From Ignavibacteriota bacterium (GTDB lineage: Bacteria > Bacteroidota > Ignavibacteria > UBA10030 > SZUA-254): DNA of 64,000 nucleotides. This document shows positions 1 through 8,814 of this stretch, piece after piece (positions within the stretch are counted from its first letter, which is position 1; every line of letters begins with the position of its first letter). The DNA is taken from the NCBI GenBank assembly GCA_025358305.1, contig JANYJZ010000007.1:1738-65737 (forward strand). The letters are read 5' to 3'. Both the position numbers and the translations under genes were made by a program. A model generated the notes under the pieces. The model did not search any database. It saw nothing but the letters and a program-made list of their open reading frames with translations, and was not told the origin of the DNA.

Positions 1-236
1 GTCTCCTTGACGCTGTCGCACGGAGTGAAGAAGAGCGTGCTGGGATCGATGCAGAGGGTAGCCTGAGGATGAACGCCGAAGGTGATCGTGTCGCGCTTCG
101 TCGTCGCGCCGGTGTTGTTGCCGTTGTCGCGGACGGCAAGGGGAATGCGAAACTGGCTCTGAGCCGTTTGCGTCGTCAGTACGGCCAGGAGAAAGGCCAT
201 GACGATGGAGAATGCGGATGCCTGCTTCGTTTTCAT
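1..236 (-). CDS. Secreted protein, N-terminal part only (runs off the window); paralog of the 373-1209 protein
   Basis: Not in the ORF track. Manual translation from ATG at 236: MKTKQASAFSIVMAFLLAVLTTQTAQS|QFRIPLAVRDNGNNTGATTKRDTITFGVHPQATLCIDPSTLFFTPCDSVKE. Signal peptide; FGVxxxATxCxD matches FGVANGATYCLD of the neighbour. Confidence 0.8.
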   Translation of the reverse strand, partial: MKTKQASAFSIVMAFLLAVLTTQTAQSQFRIPLAVRDNGNNTGATTKRDTITFGVHPQATLCIDPSTLFFTPCDSVKE

Positions 237-301
237 AGCGCATTGTGCCGAAATTGGTGAAGGCGACGGGAGCGAAGGGATCGATCTGGAGCTTGCTACA
301 T

Positions 302-342
302 AACAAAATGCGGAAGCCCCGTTACTTGAGAACTTCCGCATT
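302..342 (-). terminator. Intrinsic terminator after the 278-aa T9SS protein
   Basis: aatgcggaag (307-316) / cttccgcatt (333-342) stem followed by TTTGTT on the minus strand. Confidence 0.7.
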
Positions 343-372
343 GCACGTCGTACCAACAACACTTCCCGAGTA

Positions 373-1209
373 TTACTTCATCAGGAGAAGCTTCTGGACT
401 GCCGAGAAGTTGACGTTCTGACCACCGGTTGCCGTCATGCGGACATAGTAGACGCCGCTGGAGACCGCAACGCCGTTGTTGTCTGCGCCGTTCCAGGTCG
501 TCGTGTAGAATCCGGGTCTCATATCCTCCGACGCCAAGGTCGCGATCCGGCGGCCAAGGACGTCATACACTGCGACATCCGCGAAAGCCGAAGTCGCCAC
601 GGAGAACTTGATCGTCGTCGAAGGGTTGAAGGGGTTCGGATAGTTCTGCTTCAGTGAAAAGGAGCTCGGAACGAGATCATTATCAGGGGCGATCGCGGTT
701 AGGATCGGAGTCCCGATGATGTTGAGCGCCGAGATGAACGACTGCGTGACGGTGACACTGGTCGCCGTGAGCATATCGACGTTGATAAGATTAAGACCAA
801 GTGCGTCCGTGATGATGAGTGTCTTCCAATTCGCGCTGAGTCCTGCGGGCCAGCTCACGTTAAAATTATACGCGCCATCACCCTTCTGGAATGCAAGTTG
901 AAACGTATCCAAGACCGTGGAATCAGGAAGCTGAAGATGAAGTCTCTGACCCTGTCCCATGCACAGCGTGTCTCTGTGATCGACGAAACGAACATCAAAG
1001 ACGCCTGTCGGGGGCTTCGGAGGAAGCTCCGACTCGCCGAGCAACGGGTCCAAGCAGTAGGTGGCACCATTTGCGACACCGAATGTGTCTGCGGCAGTAT
1101 TCGCCACTTGTGTGATGGTAAGCGGAACGATCAGCTGACCAGACATGATCCCTGAGAATGCGAACACACACAGTACAACGGCGAGCAATTGTAAACGTCG
1201 CAAGTTCAT
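373..1209 (-). CDS. T9SS type A sorting domain protein (278 aa): signal peptide, LPPxPP module, CTD
   Basis: Start moved to ATG 1209 (MNLRRLQLLAVVLCVFAFSG, purine-rich RBS). C-terminal SFSLKQNYPNPFNPSTTIKF...SSGVYY...KLLLMK tail. Internal ELPPKPPTGVFDVRF. Confidence 0.88.
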   Translation of the reverse strand: MNLRRLQLLAVVLCVFAFSGIMSGQLIVPLTITQVANTAADTFGVANGATYCLDPLLGESELPPKPPTGVFDVRFVDHRDTLCMGQGQRLHLQLPDSTVLDTFQLAFQKGDGAYNFNVSWPAGLSANWKTLIITDALGLNLINVDMLTATSVTVTQSFISALNIIGTPILTAIAPDNDLVPSSFSLKQNYPNPFNPSTTIKFSVATSAFADVAVYDVLGRRIATLASEDMRPGFYTTTWNGADNNGVAVSSGVYYVRMTATGGQNVNFSAVQKLLLMK

Positions 1210-1422
1210 TCTTCCTGCCTTTCTCTCTACGTTAAAGGTGTCAAAAAAAGTGTGAATTATAGTCAAAATTCGTGTTGCACGGGGAGATCTCTGTTGCACA
1301 CACTAGAATATACAAACTGCAAAAGAGAAATACAACAAAAATAACGCCCTTTTCCGAACCATTTTCCCAAGGTCCCCTCCCCCGCCGTTTTGGCGGCAGG
1401 GGGAATGGGTCGGGTCAAATTG

Positions 1423-1454
1423 CTCCTGTGCGCCCCTCTCGAGGCGCACAGGAG
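1423..1454 (-). terminator. 12-bp hairpin after the 1864-aa gene (terminator or mRNA stabiliser)
   Basis: ctcctgtgcgcc (1423-1434) / ggcgcacaggag (1443-1454); weak U-tract. Confidence 0.5.
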
Positions 1455-1468
1455 AACAGCGGTGGAGA

Positions 1469-4400
1469 TTACTTCAACAGGACCATCTTCTTTACCTGCG
1501 TGTACGTCTGGGAGACAGCACCGTTATCGTTAACGGACTCCGCGACAATGCGGTAGAGATAGACGCCGCTGGCCAGGGAGCTTGCGTCGAACTCAAGCTC
1601 TTCCGTGCCGGCAGACATGTCTTCCCGGTTGAGCAGCTGAGCGACTTCCTGACCGAGCATATTGTAGATCTTCAGGGTCACCACTGACTGCTGCGCCAAG
1701 TCGAACCGGATGGTCGTCGTCGGATTGAAGGGGTTCGGATAGTTCTGCGACAGGGCAAATTCCGTCGGAATCTGCTCGATCACAGGAGGCGCGATTCTGT
1801 TCTGCGCCGGGATACCCGAAGCCTTCAGGTACGGAACATCGATAACCACAGTGTAGCCTTTCCACTGCAGTTTCGGTGAGGTCCATCCGCCACCTGTGGT
1901 CGTATCGTTCGTTCCGCCATACGAGAACGCCGCATTGATCTTTGCAGCGACGCTATCGATCATGACGTACACGTCGTACGGAACACCTTCCCAGTTGGTC
2001 ATGACGCCGTCCGCGTAGTTCGCGATCGAATCGACCGACCAGCCGTTCATCGGGTTGCCCGCATCATTATACATCAGTGAGCCGAGGCCCGCCGGGGTCT
2101 TGAGACCGCTGGCGGCAAGGTTCACCTGCAATGCGAGGAGGTTCGCGATGATGGTGCTGTTCTTCTTCGTCGGGGGCAGCGCCTTGAAGCGCTTGAGAAG
2201 AATCTTGCCCTTGACGTCGAGGTCCAAGCCGCGCGCTGCGCCCGTATGGAAGACGCTCTTTGCATTCAAGCTCTTCCACAGATCGCCCTGCTTCACAGGC
2301 TGGATGTAGGCCTTTTCCTTGCCACCTGCATTGGTCTGAGCAGCAAGTCCAACCTTGATCACGCCACCCTGCTTGAGAACTTCGGCGACGAGATTGCCGG
2401 TATTCGGGCCAGCCGTAATCGGTTTGCCAGCCTTCGGTGCCTTGATGGGCTTCTTCTGGTTGTCGGCTTGGAGCTGTGCCGCGGTGAACGTGCGGTACGC
2501 CGTGGAGTCGTTCGCCTGGAAGTTACCGAAGTCGCGACCCGTGACGTTCGTGCCGCTGACGCCGTTGATGGTGTACGTGCCGCCCACAGGGGCTGACTGC
2601 GTCCATCCGAGCTGCGCGGTCTCCGAAAGGGTCTTCACACCGGGACCAACGTTGGTGAAGGTGTAGTTACCGTTGGCATCGGTGGGCTGGGGGAGGGCAC
2701 CCGGATTGAGATTGATCGTCCAGCCGGATAGGCCGTTATCTCCCGCATCCTTCGTTCCATCGTTGTTCCGGTCACGATACTTCTGGCCGCTGATGGAGTA
2801 GTTATGGAAGTTGCCGAAGTCACGTGCCGTCACCGGATTCGCGAGGTTGCCGCTCACGGCCGTAAAGCTGTACGGCGTGGTCGGGAACGTCATCGTCCAG
2901 CCGGCCTGCGGGGTCTCGGTGATCGTGTGGAGACCAGTGAAGACGCTGTCAATGGAGTAGTTACCGAGTGAATCGGTCACCGCTGATGCCGAACCATTGA
3001 CCGTGCCGCTGACCGTGATCGTCCAGCCGGCAAGACCCGGATCGCTATCATCGACGCCGTTACCGTTGAGGTCGTTGTACTTACGACCCGTGACGGTGAT
3101 CAGCTTGAAGTCGAGATACCGAGCGGTATCGGACGCGCCGCTGGCAGTGACGATCTTCGTGAACACGCCACCCTTCGTACGGACCCATCCCGGTGTGAAG
3201 GTGCTCTCCGCGATGGTATAGGTACCCGTATCGAGTGAGGAATGTTCGCGGCTCGCGACGCCATTACCGAGGGTATCGGTGAGGAGCGTCAAGCCGTTCT
3301 TCTTGAACTTGAAGGTGGAGAAAGTACCAGCGATCGAGGGCAAGGGCAGAACATCTCCCGGATTGACGGTACCGTCGCCGTTGATATCAATCGTGAGGTT
3401 AACCCTGATCTTCGCAAAGAGCCAGTTGCCGAAATCCTGGCCGGTAATGACAGAGGTCGGCGTGTTTCCGGGCTGTGCGACAACCACTGTGTGGGTGCCA
3501 GCGCCAGCGGGGAACGTGCGACGGCCGACTGTCGGCTGTGCGATCTCTCTCAGGACATAGGTGCCCGGGATGAGCTTGAAGGAGTAATTACCGCTTCCGT
3601 CAGTCACCGCCGATGAAACGAGCGCACCAGCCAACGAATCCTTGTGAACTTCGATCGTCCAACCCGCAAGACCCGGATCGGTATCGTTCACGCCGTTATC
3701 GTTGATGTCGTTAAACTTCATGCCGGAAATCGAGCCGGTGAAGTAGCCGAGGTTGACGCCAGTGATCGCCGTTCCGGAACCGGAATAGGTGCTCACATGA
3801 TGCTCGAAGAGTGCTCCGCCCGCATAGGTGGTCGAGACATCATAGTCGCCAGGCAGATTCATCGCATTCGGAGCGACGAAGCTGTAATCGCCGTTCGCGA
3901 GCGACACGGTGGTCTGCTGCGAGCCGCCGAAGTAGTTCAGGTGGACGGTAAGGCCGGCGAGACCGACATCGGGTCCGTCGAAGATGCCGTTACCATTCAC
4001 GTCGTTATAGACCTTACCGGAATAGCCAGCCGGGTTCGGGACCGGCGGGGCGCCGATCTTGAAGTCGTCGATCGCAACGCCGTCGCCATGCGTGCCAGCG
4101 TCGGTGAAGTACGATAGCCGGAACCGGACATATGACTTGCCCATGACGGGCGTGCCGGAGAGATCGAGCGCGACGATGACATAGCCTGTCGGGCCCGTGA
4201 CGATCTCATTGCCGCCGCAATCGCCGTTGGAGGACCAGCCGTCCGGCGGGTTCGCGCCAGATCCGTCACCGGGGAATCCCTTCGGAACTGCAGTCGCCTC
4301 ATCCCAGCAATTGGGGAGGGGTTCGAGCGTACCGCCAGTGGTATGCGCGTTCTGATAGACCGCGGACGAGTACCAGTTGATACCGGCCGGATCGTTCAGG

Positions 4401-7063
4401 ACGCCGAGCTTCTGCCACGTCTTGCCGGTGTCGATCGAGTATTCCATGATCGCCCGATCCCATCCCGGTTCCGTCTGAAGGCTCAGGTAGAACGACATGG
4501 TGGCAGGTGACGGGCTGCTGCTGAAATCGAAGAACGGCGAGAAGAGGTTCTCCACTTCCGCGTCATGCGTACCAGAAGCAGGAGCTCCCGGAGCGGTTGC
4601 GAAGTACTTCGTACCAGCGTGAGGACCGCCGAGTTTGCCGCCGGTCGTGCCGATACCCCACTCCGTGCCTGCGAACCAGCCGGCCTGTTCGGGGGCGGTT
4701 TCAAAGCCCGAGAAGTAGGGGACGGTCGCCTGCGCAGCGACGGGGAAGGTCGCGATGATGGTGTCGTTGAAGTGGTAATTGTCGGTTCCGAGGTTGGTCG
4801 TGACCGTAAAGGTCGCCGTTCCACCCAAGGATCCCGGATTCCATGATCCCGGAATCGTCACCGTCGCTGCAGCACCTGCGGCGAGGGTTGCCGTTCCCGG
4901 CATATTCTGAATGCTCGCATCAGGATTGACGATCTTCACGTTCACGGGGAAACTGGTTTCCAAGAATCCGCCGAGGTTCGAAAACGTGATCTGAACCGGG
5001 GAGAACGGAAGACCCGCCGGCGCGCCGGCGATGCCGGGGCTGACGATAACAACGGGCTTCACGTCGTGCGGAAGGCTCGTGCCGGTGCCCTCAAGGGCGC
5101 CGATATCGGGGGGCGAACCGCGCAGACTGTCGTTATAGTCACCCGGAACGCTGCCGACCGCCACGCCCGTGCCGTTGGCGGTCGAGAGACCGCTGAACGT
5201 CACGTTGCTCTGGCTTGTCAGTACCGGATCATCAGCCTGGCTCGCTCCGTCTGTTGCAAAACCGACGCCGATCTGGAACTGCTGGTGATCGAAGAGCGAA
5301 GGATTGACGGCTCCGCCCGAGACATCCGAGACGTTGCCAATCGATCCGTTATAGAGAACGTTGTTGTTACCGCCGCGGTAATCGACAACGCCGCCCGCAT
5401 CCTGCATCGCGATGCAAGTATTGTCCGTACCGGTATTGGTACGATTGATCGCGAGGATGTTGTCGCTGACCTTTGTGCGATAGGAGAACGCGTTGATCAG
5501 CGTTCCGCCCGCACCGCGCCAGTTGTTGTTCAAACCGTTGTTGTCCGTCGTGGTCGCGACGCCGTTGAGCAGAAGAGCCGCGCACGGGGTCTGATTGCCG
5601 AGACCTGCACCGGAGAAGTACACCGTATTGAAGTAGACCGTATCAAAACGGCCACTCTCCATGCCGATGCCGACGTTCGCCCAGCGCAGACCGTTCGCCT
5701 GAACGGCGCTGTTATTGAACACGCGGGTCACGATGTTGTTCTTGATGACGTTCCGCGAAGGGATGCCGGCCATGGACAGAGCGCCGCCGTAGCTCGGATC
5801 CGGATCGTTGTTGCCGAAGGCGATGACGCGGATACCGAAGATCATCCCGCTTCCGGTTCCGGCAGAGGAGCGGTTGCTGATAATGCTGTCGCAGAGGTTC
5901 TGGCTGATGTGGATGCCATCACCCCAGACCGAGATGCCCGCCACGCGATTCGCCAAGGGAATGTTGTAGGGGTTGCCGCCGCTGGTGATCGGGAAACCAA
6001 CTCCCGCACCGAAGCCGAGGGCAGGTGACGCGCCAGCCGAGGAGGCAAGAACGACGCGCTTGACAGTGTTCTTCGAGATGTTCGCGATGCTGACCGACCA
6101 GAGGTCGATGCCGGCACGCGTCACATCGTGGATGTAGTTGTTCGTCACGGTGAAGTCATCATCCTGCGCGCCGTAGGTGGCGGAGCTGATCAGGAAGTTA
6201 CCGCGCGACACGACGCCGAAATGGCCGCCGGAGAGGTCGCAGTTATTGACGGTGATGAACGAGCTGTAGTTGCCAGCCGTGGAACGGGTCGTGACCGAGC
6301 CGTTGCCGTTGGTGGTATTGTCGGCGGTAGCAGACATCGCAGTGCTCGCCGTGTTGCCAGGAATGACGCAATCGGTGACCGTCGCATACTTGGCGTTCTT
6401 CAGATAGACCGGAGCATCGCCGCCGTTGGCGGCCGACGGGGTCGCGGAAAGCTGGATCGTCAGGTTGCGCGATCCAGCGGCCGAACCAAGTGCCGTGCCC
6501 TCGATGATGAAGTTCGTCGCGCCGTCAAGGACGAGACCGCCCTTGTTGGTCGTATTGTCCGTCAGGGTGATGACGCAGGCAGTGTTGCCGGTGTTCGGAC
6601 GGACGGTGATGGTGTTCGTCGCGCTGGATCCGACGGTCGCTCCGATGGCGACGCCCGCTTCGGTATACGCCGGGTCGTCAAGGAGGAACGTAACGGGACC
6701 AGTCAACGCGCCGATGTTACACAGCAGCGCGATGTCCGCGATCGTCTTGAAGGTCTGCGCCGCACCGATATGGTACGTCGGCGCGAGGCCTGAGATCTGG
6801 AAGCCCGGCGGCACAGAGCCGCTCTTCGTCAGGACGACCGGCTGTTCGCTGGTCTTGTCGAACGAAGAGCCCGACTCTACCGGCTCGAACACAGGGGCCT
6901 GCAGCTGGGTGCGGGATGCTTTCGCAACCTTCGCTTCCGACTGCTGAACCTGCCCCTGAGGGAGCTGGAGCCGTCCTGCGGTCTGCGGTCCCGCGGCGAA
7001 CGTCACGTTCACCACGAGGGCCACAAACAGCAGTAAGGCCACAATTAGTTTTACATGTTTCAT
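1469..7063 (-). CDS. Large T9SS-secreted surface protein (1864 aa): beta-helix-like region, Ig/CARDB-like, jelly-roll, 5 SdrD-B-like repeats, basic domain, CTD
   Basis: GGAGG RBS; signal peptide. Asn-ladder repeats ending in the PPDIGALE motif. Five SG(x)K[YF]xDxNxNG-type repeats (about 2515-4030). C-terminal EFALSQNYPNPFNPTTTIRF...KKMVLLK. Confidence 0.9.
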   Translation of the reverse strand: MKHVKLIVALLLFVALVVNVTFAAGPQTAGRLQLPQGQVQQSEAKVAKASRTQLQAPVFEPVESGSSFDKTSEQPVVLTKSGSVPPGFQISGLAPTYHIGAAQTFKTIADIALLCNIGALTGPVTFLLDDPAYTEAGVAIGATVGSSATNTITVRPNTGNTACVITLTDNTTNKGGLVLDGATNFIIEGTALGSAAGSRNLTIQLSATPSAANGGDAPVYLKNAKYATVTDCVIPGNTASTAMSATADNTTNGNGSVTTRSTAGNYSSFITVNNCDLSGGHFGVVSRGNFLISSATYGAQDDDFTVTNNYIHDVTRAGIDLWSVSIANISKNTVKRVVLASSAGASPALGFGAGVGFPITSGGNPYNIPLANRVAGISVWGDGIHISQNLCDSIISNRSSAGTGSGMIFGIRVIAFGNNDPDPSYGGALSMAGIPSRNVIKNNIVTRVFNNSAVQANGLRWANVGIGMESGRFDTVYFNTVYFSGAGLGNQTPCAALLLNGVATTTDNNGLNNNWRGAGGTLINAFSYRTKVSDNILAINRTNTGTDNTCIAMQDAGGVVDYRGGNNNVLYNGSIGNVSDVSGGAVNPSLFDHQQFQIGVGFATDGASQADDPVLTSQSNVTFSGLSTANGTGVAVGSVPGDYNDSLRGSPPDIGALEGTGTSLPHDVKPVVIVSPGIAGAPAGLPFSPVQITFSNLGGFLETSFPVNVKIVNPDASIQNMPGTATLAAGAAATVTIPGSWNPGSLGGTATFTVTTNLGTDNYHFNDTIIATFPVAAQATVPYFSGFETAPEQAGWFAGTEWGIGTTGGKLGGPHAGTKYFATAPGAPASGTHDAEVENLFSPFFDFSSSPSPATMSFYLSLQTEPGWDRAIMEYSIDTGKTWQKLGVLNDPAGINWYSSAVYQNAHTTGGTLEPLPNCWDEATAVPKGFPGDGSGANPPDGWSSNGDCGGNEIVTGPTGYVIVALDLSGTPVMGKSYVRFRLSYFTDAGTHGDGVAIDDFKIGAPPVPNPAGYSGKVYNDVNGNGIFDGPDVGLAGLTVHLNYFGGSQQTTVSLANGDYSFVAPNAMNLPGDYDVSTTYAGGALFEHHVSTYSGSGTAITGVNLGYFTGSISGMKFNDINDNGVNDTDPGLAGWTIEVHKDSLAGALVSSAVTDGSGNYSFKLIPGTYVLREIAQPTVGRRTFPAGAGTHTVVVAQPGNTPTSVITGQDFGNWLFAKIRVNLTIDINGDGTVNPGDVLPLPSIAGTFSTFKFKKNGLTLLTDTLGNGVASREHSSLDTGTYTIAESTFTPGWVRTKGGVFTKIVTASGASDTARYLDFKLITVTGRKYNDLNGNGVDDSDPGLAGWTITVSGTVNGSASAVTDSLGNYSIDSVFTGLHTITETPQAGWTMTFPTTPYSFTAVSGNLANPVTARDFGNFHNYSISGQKYRDRNNDGTKDAGDNGLSGWTINLNPGALPQPTDANGNYTFTNVGPGVKTLSETAQLGWTQSAPVGGTYTINGVSGTNVTGRDFGNFQANDSTAYRTFTAAQLQADNQKKPIKAPKAGKPITAGPNTGNLVAEVLKQGGVIKVGLAAQTNAGGKEKAYIQPVKQGDLWKSLNAKSVFHTGAARGLDLDVKGKILLKRFKALPPTKKNSTIIANLLALQVNLAASGLKTPAGLGSLMYNDAGNPMNGWSVDSIANYADGVMTNWEGVPYDVYVMIDSVAAKINAAFSYGGTNDTTTGGGWTSPKLQWKGYTVVIDVPYLKASGIPAQNRIAPPVIEQIPTEFALSQNYPNPFNPTTTIRFDLAQQSVVTLKIYNMLGQEVAQLLNREDMSAGTEELEFDASSLASGVYLYRIVAESVNDNGAVSQTYTQVKKMVLLK

Positions 7064-7574
7064 AGATCCTCCTACTAAGGATTATTTATGAGATGTGGAT
7101 TAGTGAGTTGAGTGGATTTTGCATTTTTAATTTTCAGCGAAGGAAGGATCACCCCGGCGGCACGATAGCAATGAACCGCAGATGAAGAGGAGGATCTCCG
7201 GAAAGAAGCAGGGCACATCGATGAGAGGGTACAATCGTTCACAATGATCAGCTCGAATGCTCCATATGGATACCGGCGCTACGAGGACGCGCGGTGTAAG
7301 GTGAACTAACGACCGATTATACAAGCGCAGAATTGTTCGATCCGTACATCACAGGAAAAAAGAAGCACACGACGGCACGAAGACATGCCAGTGCGACTTC
7401 AGTTTAGAACGGAAACGAATGATGACTGCACGAAAACAAAAAGTGTTTGAAGGATTAGAACCTGGTTGAGTAAACGACGAGCTGAGAAAAAGTTCTTTTT
7501 TTTCACACTCATGAAAGGTGAGATGAGTGTGTTTCCATGGATTCCCAACCGCGTTTACATCGAAAGCTTGTTCA

Positions 7575-7603
7575 ATTGTAATAAAACTTGATGTCACTGT
7601 CAA
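7575..7603 (-). promoter_or_regulatory. Sigma70-type promoter facing the 1864-aa gene
   Basis: TTGACA (7603-7598), 17 nt, TACAAT (7580-7575). Confidence 0.6.
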
Positions 7604-7744
7604 GTCTTTTGTGAAAATAAATTGAAATCGGGGATATTAATTTTGCCGCCCCTCGGCGGGACGATATTTCATTTCCTTCCCTACGCTCCGCGCGCCTCCA
7701 AAACCTGCGAATACGGCCTCAGTCGAAGTGTGATTTACCCGTTT

Positions 7745-8515
7745 TCAACGCCTTTTCCCTGACCCCTCAATGATGTACCGGAGCCGTACGACGGGCTGGC
7801 GGCGGTTGTCCGTCTGGAGTTCCAAGGTCCCTGCGGCCGACGCCTCCCCCACCGTCTTCGGGATGAGGGGGTAGAGCACGTTTTTACCGGGCCGGATCGA
7901 GATCCCCGGCTTAGCAGCTACGACGAGAAACGCCGAATCAACCACTGAAAGGATCCGGATCGCGACGGTGTCGCGGTTGGTGAGCAGAATCGTTTTGGGC
8001 GCCATCGCGACCGATTCGTCGTGCGAGAAAACGATCACTTTCGGCGCCACATCGAGATAGGTCCGGACGTCCGCCGTGAACTCCACGAGCACGACCATTT
8101 GGTGAGGATCGTTCGACACTATCGAGAGACTCTTTCCCACGCGGCCAACGTAGAGATCGCTCTCGAATGTCACATACAAAACACCGGTTTCGCCGGGGGG
8201 AATGACATCCCGGGAAAGCCGAGTCGTCGAGCAATGGCATTGCACGGTGACATTCTGGATCCTGAGCGTGTCGGATCCACCGTTTTCGATCGTGATGGCG
8301 TGCGTCGGCCGCGCTCCGGCGATGATCTCACCGAACTCGAACGACGCCCCGTCGGGAAGAACGAGTTTTGGCTGCGCGGCGGCCGAAAGGGACACCAACA
8401 ACAGGAGCGCAGCGAGCCAATACAGAATTGGAATTGACGTATCTCGGCACGGTGCCGAAACAAAAAAACCTCCGCGGGGCGGAGGTTTTAGGAATCGGTA
8501 TGCGTGAGTCACCAT
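7745..8515 (-). CDS. DUF1573-like Ig-fold secreted protein; start uncertain
   Basis: FEFGEI...HAITIENGGSDTLRIQNVTVQCHCST...IPPGETGVLYVTF...VGKSLSIVSNDP is typical of DUF1573. Hydrophobic LAALLLLVSLSAAAQ. The ORF-track N-terminus runs through tRNA-Asp and is not real; nearest in-frame ATG is 8515. Confidence 0.75.
   Translation of the reverse strand: MVTHAYRFLKPPPRGGFFVSAPCRDTSIPILYWLAALLLLVSLSAAAQPKLVLPDGASFEFGEIIAGARPTHAITIENGGSDTLRIQNVTVQCHCSTTRLSRDVIPPGETGVLYVTFESDLYVGRVGKSLSIVSNDPHQMVVLVEFTADVRTYLDVAPKVIVFSHDESVAMAPKTILLTNRDTVAIRILSVVDSAFLVVAAKPGISIRPGKNVLYPLIPKTVGEASAAGTLELQTDNRRQPVVRLRYIIEGSGKRR
8462..8489 (-). terminator. Intrinsic terminator downstream of tRNA-Asp
   Basis: aaaacctccgc / gcggaggtttt stem, then T7 on the minus strand. 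Confidence 0.75.
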
Positions 8516-8544
8516 ATGAGCGTTTTCCACGGTGAATGTGCGAG

Positions 8545-8619
8545 CGGGGCCGACGGGACTCGAACCCGCGACCTCCTGCGTGACAGGCAGGCGTTCTAAC
8601 CAAACTGAACTACGACCCC
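8545..8619 (-). tRNA. tRNA-Asp (GTC), CCA not encoded
   Basis: GGGGTCG acceptor, anticodon arm CCTGC-CTGTCAC-GCAGG, TTCGAGT T-loop, discriminator G. Promoter TTGATA-17-TATATT at 8754-8726. Confidence 0.97.
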
Positions 8620-8814
8620 TTGGTGACCCCCCTCGAAAGAGGAATGTCTCAACTCTCGCTCTGTCGGCTACTCGGTACCGACGGGACGCAAAAAGCGTTG
8701 GGAAACTCATTCTCGGGTGGCGGTAAATATACAAAAAGTTACGATAGGTATCAACCAAAAAAAGAGGATTTTTTACCGGGCTTTTTGCCCGGCTACCTCT
8801 CTCCCCCGCCGCTG

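Noticed and set aside
1273-1300. Direct repeat tgttgcac twice, 20 bp apart
   Set aside because: Single occurrence of an 8-mer pair with no matching site elsewhere in the window.
8682-8697. GGGACGCAAAAAGC resembling a c-di-GMP-I riboswitch segment
   Set aside because: The upstream GCAAAC/GAAA elements are missing and there is no downstream gene on that strand.
8516-8758. N-terminal extension of the DUF1573 ORF in the track
   Set aside because: It reads through tRNA-Asp and its leader.
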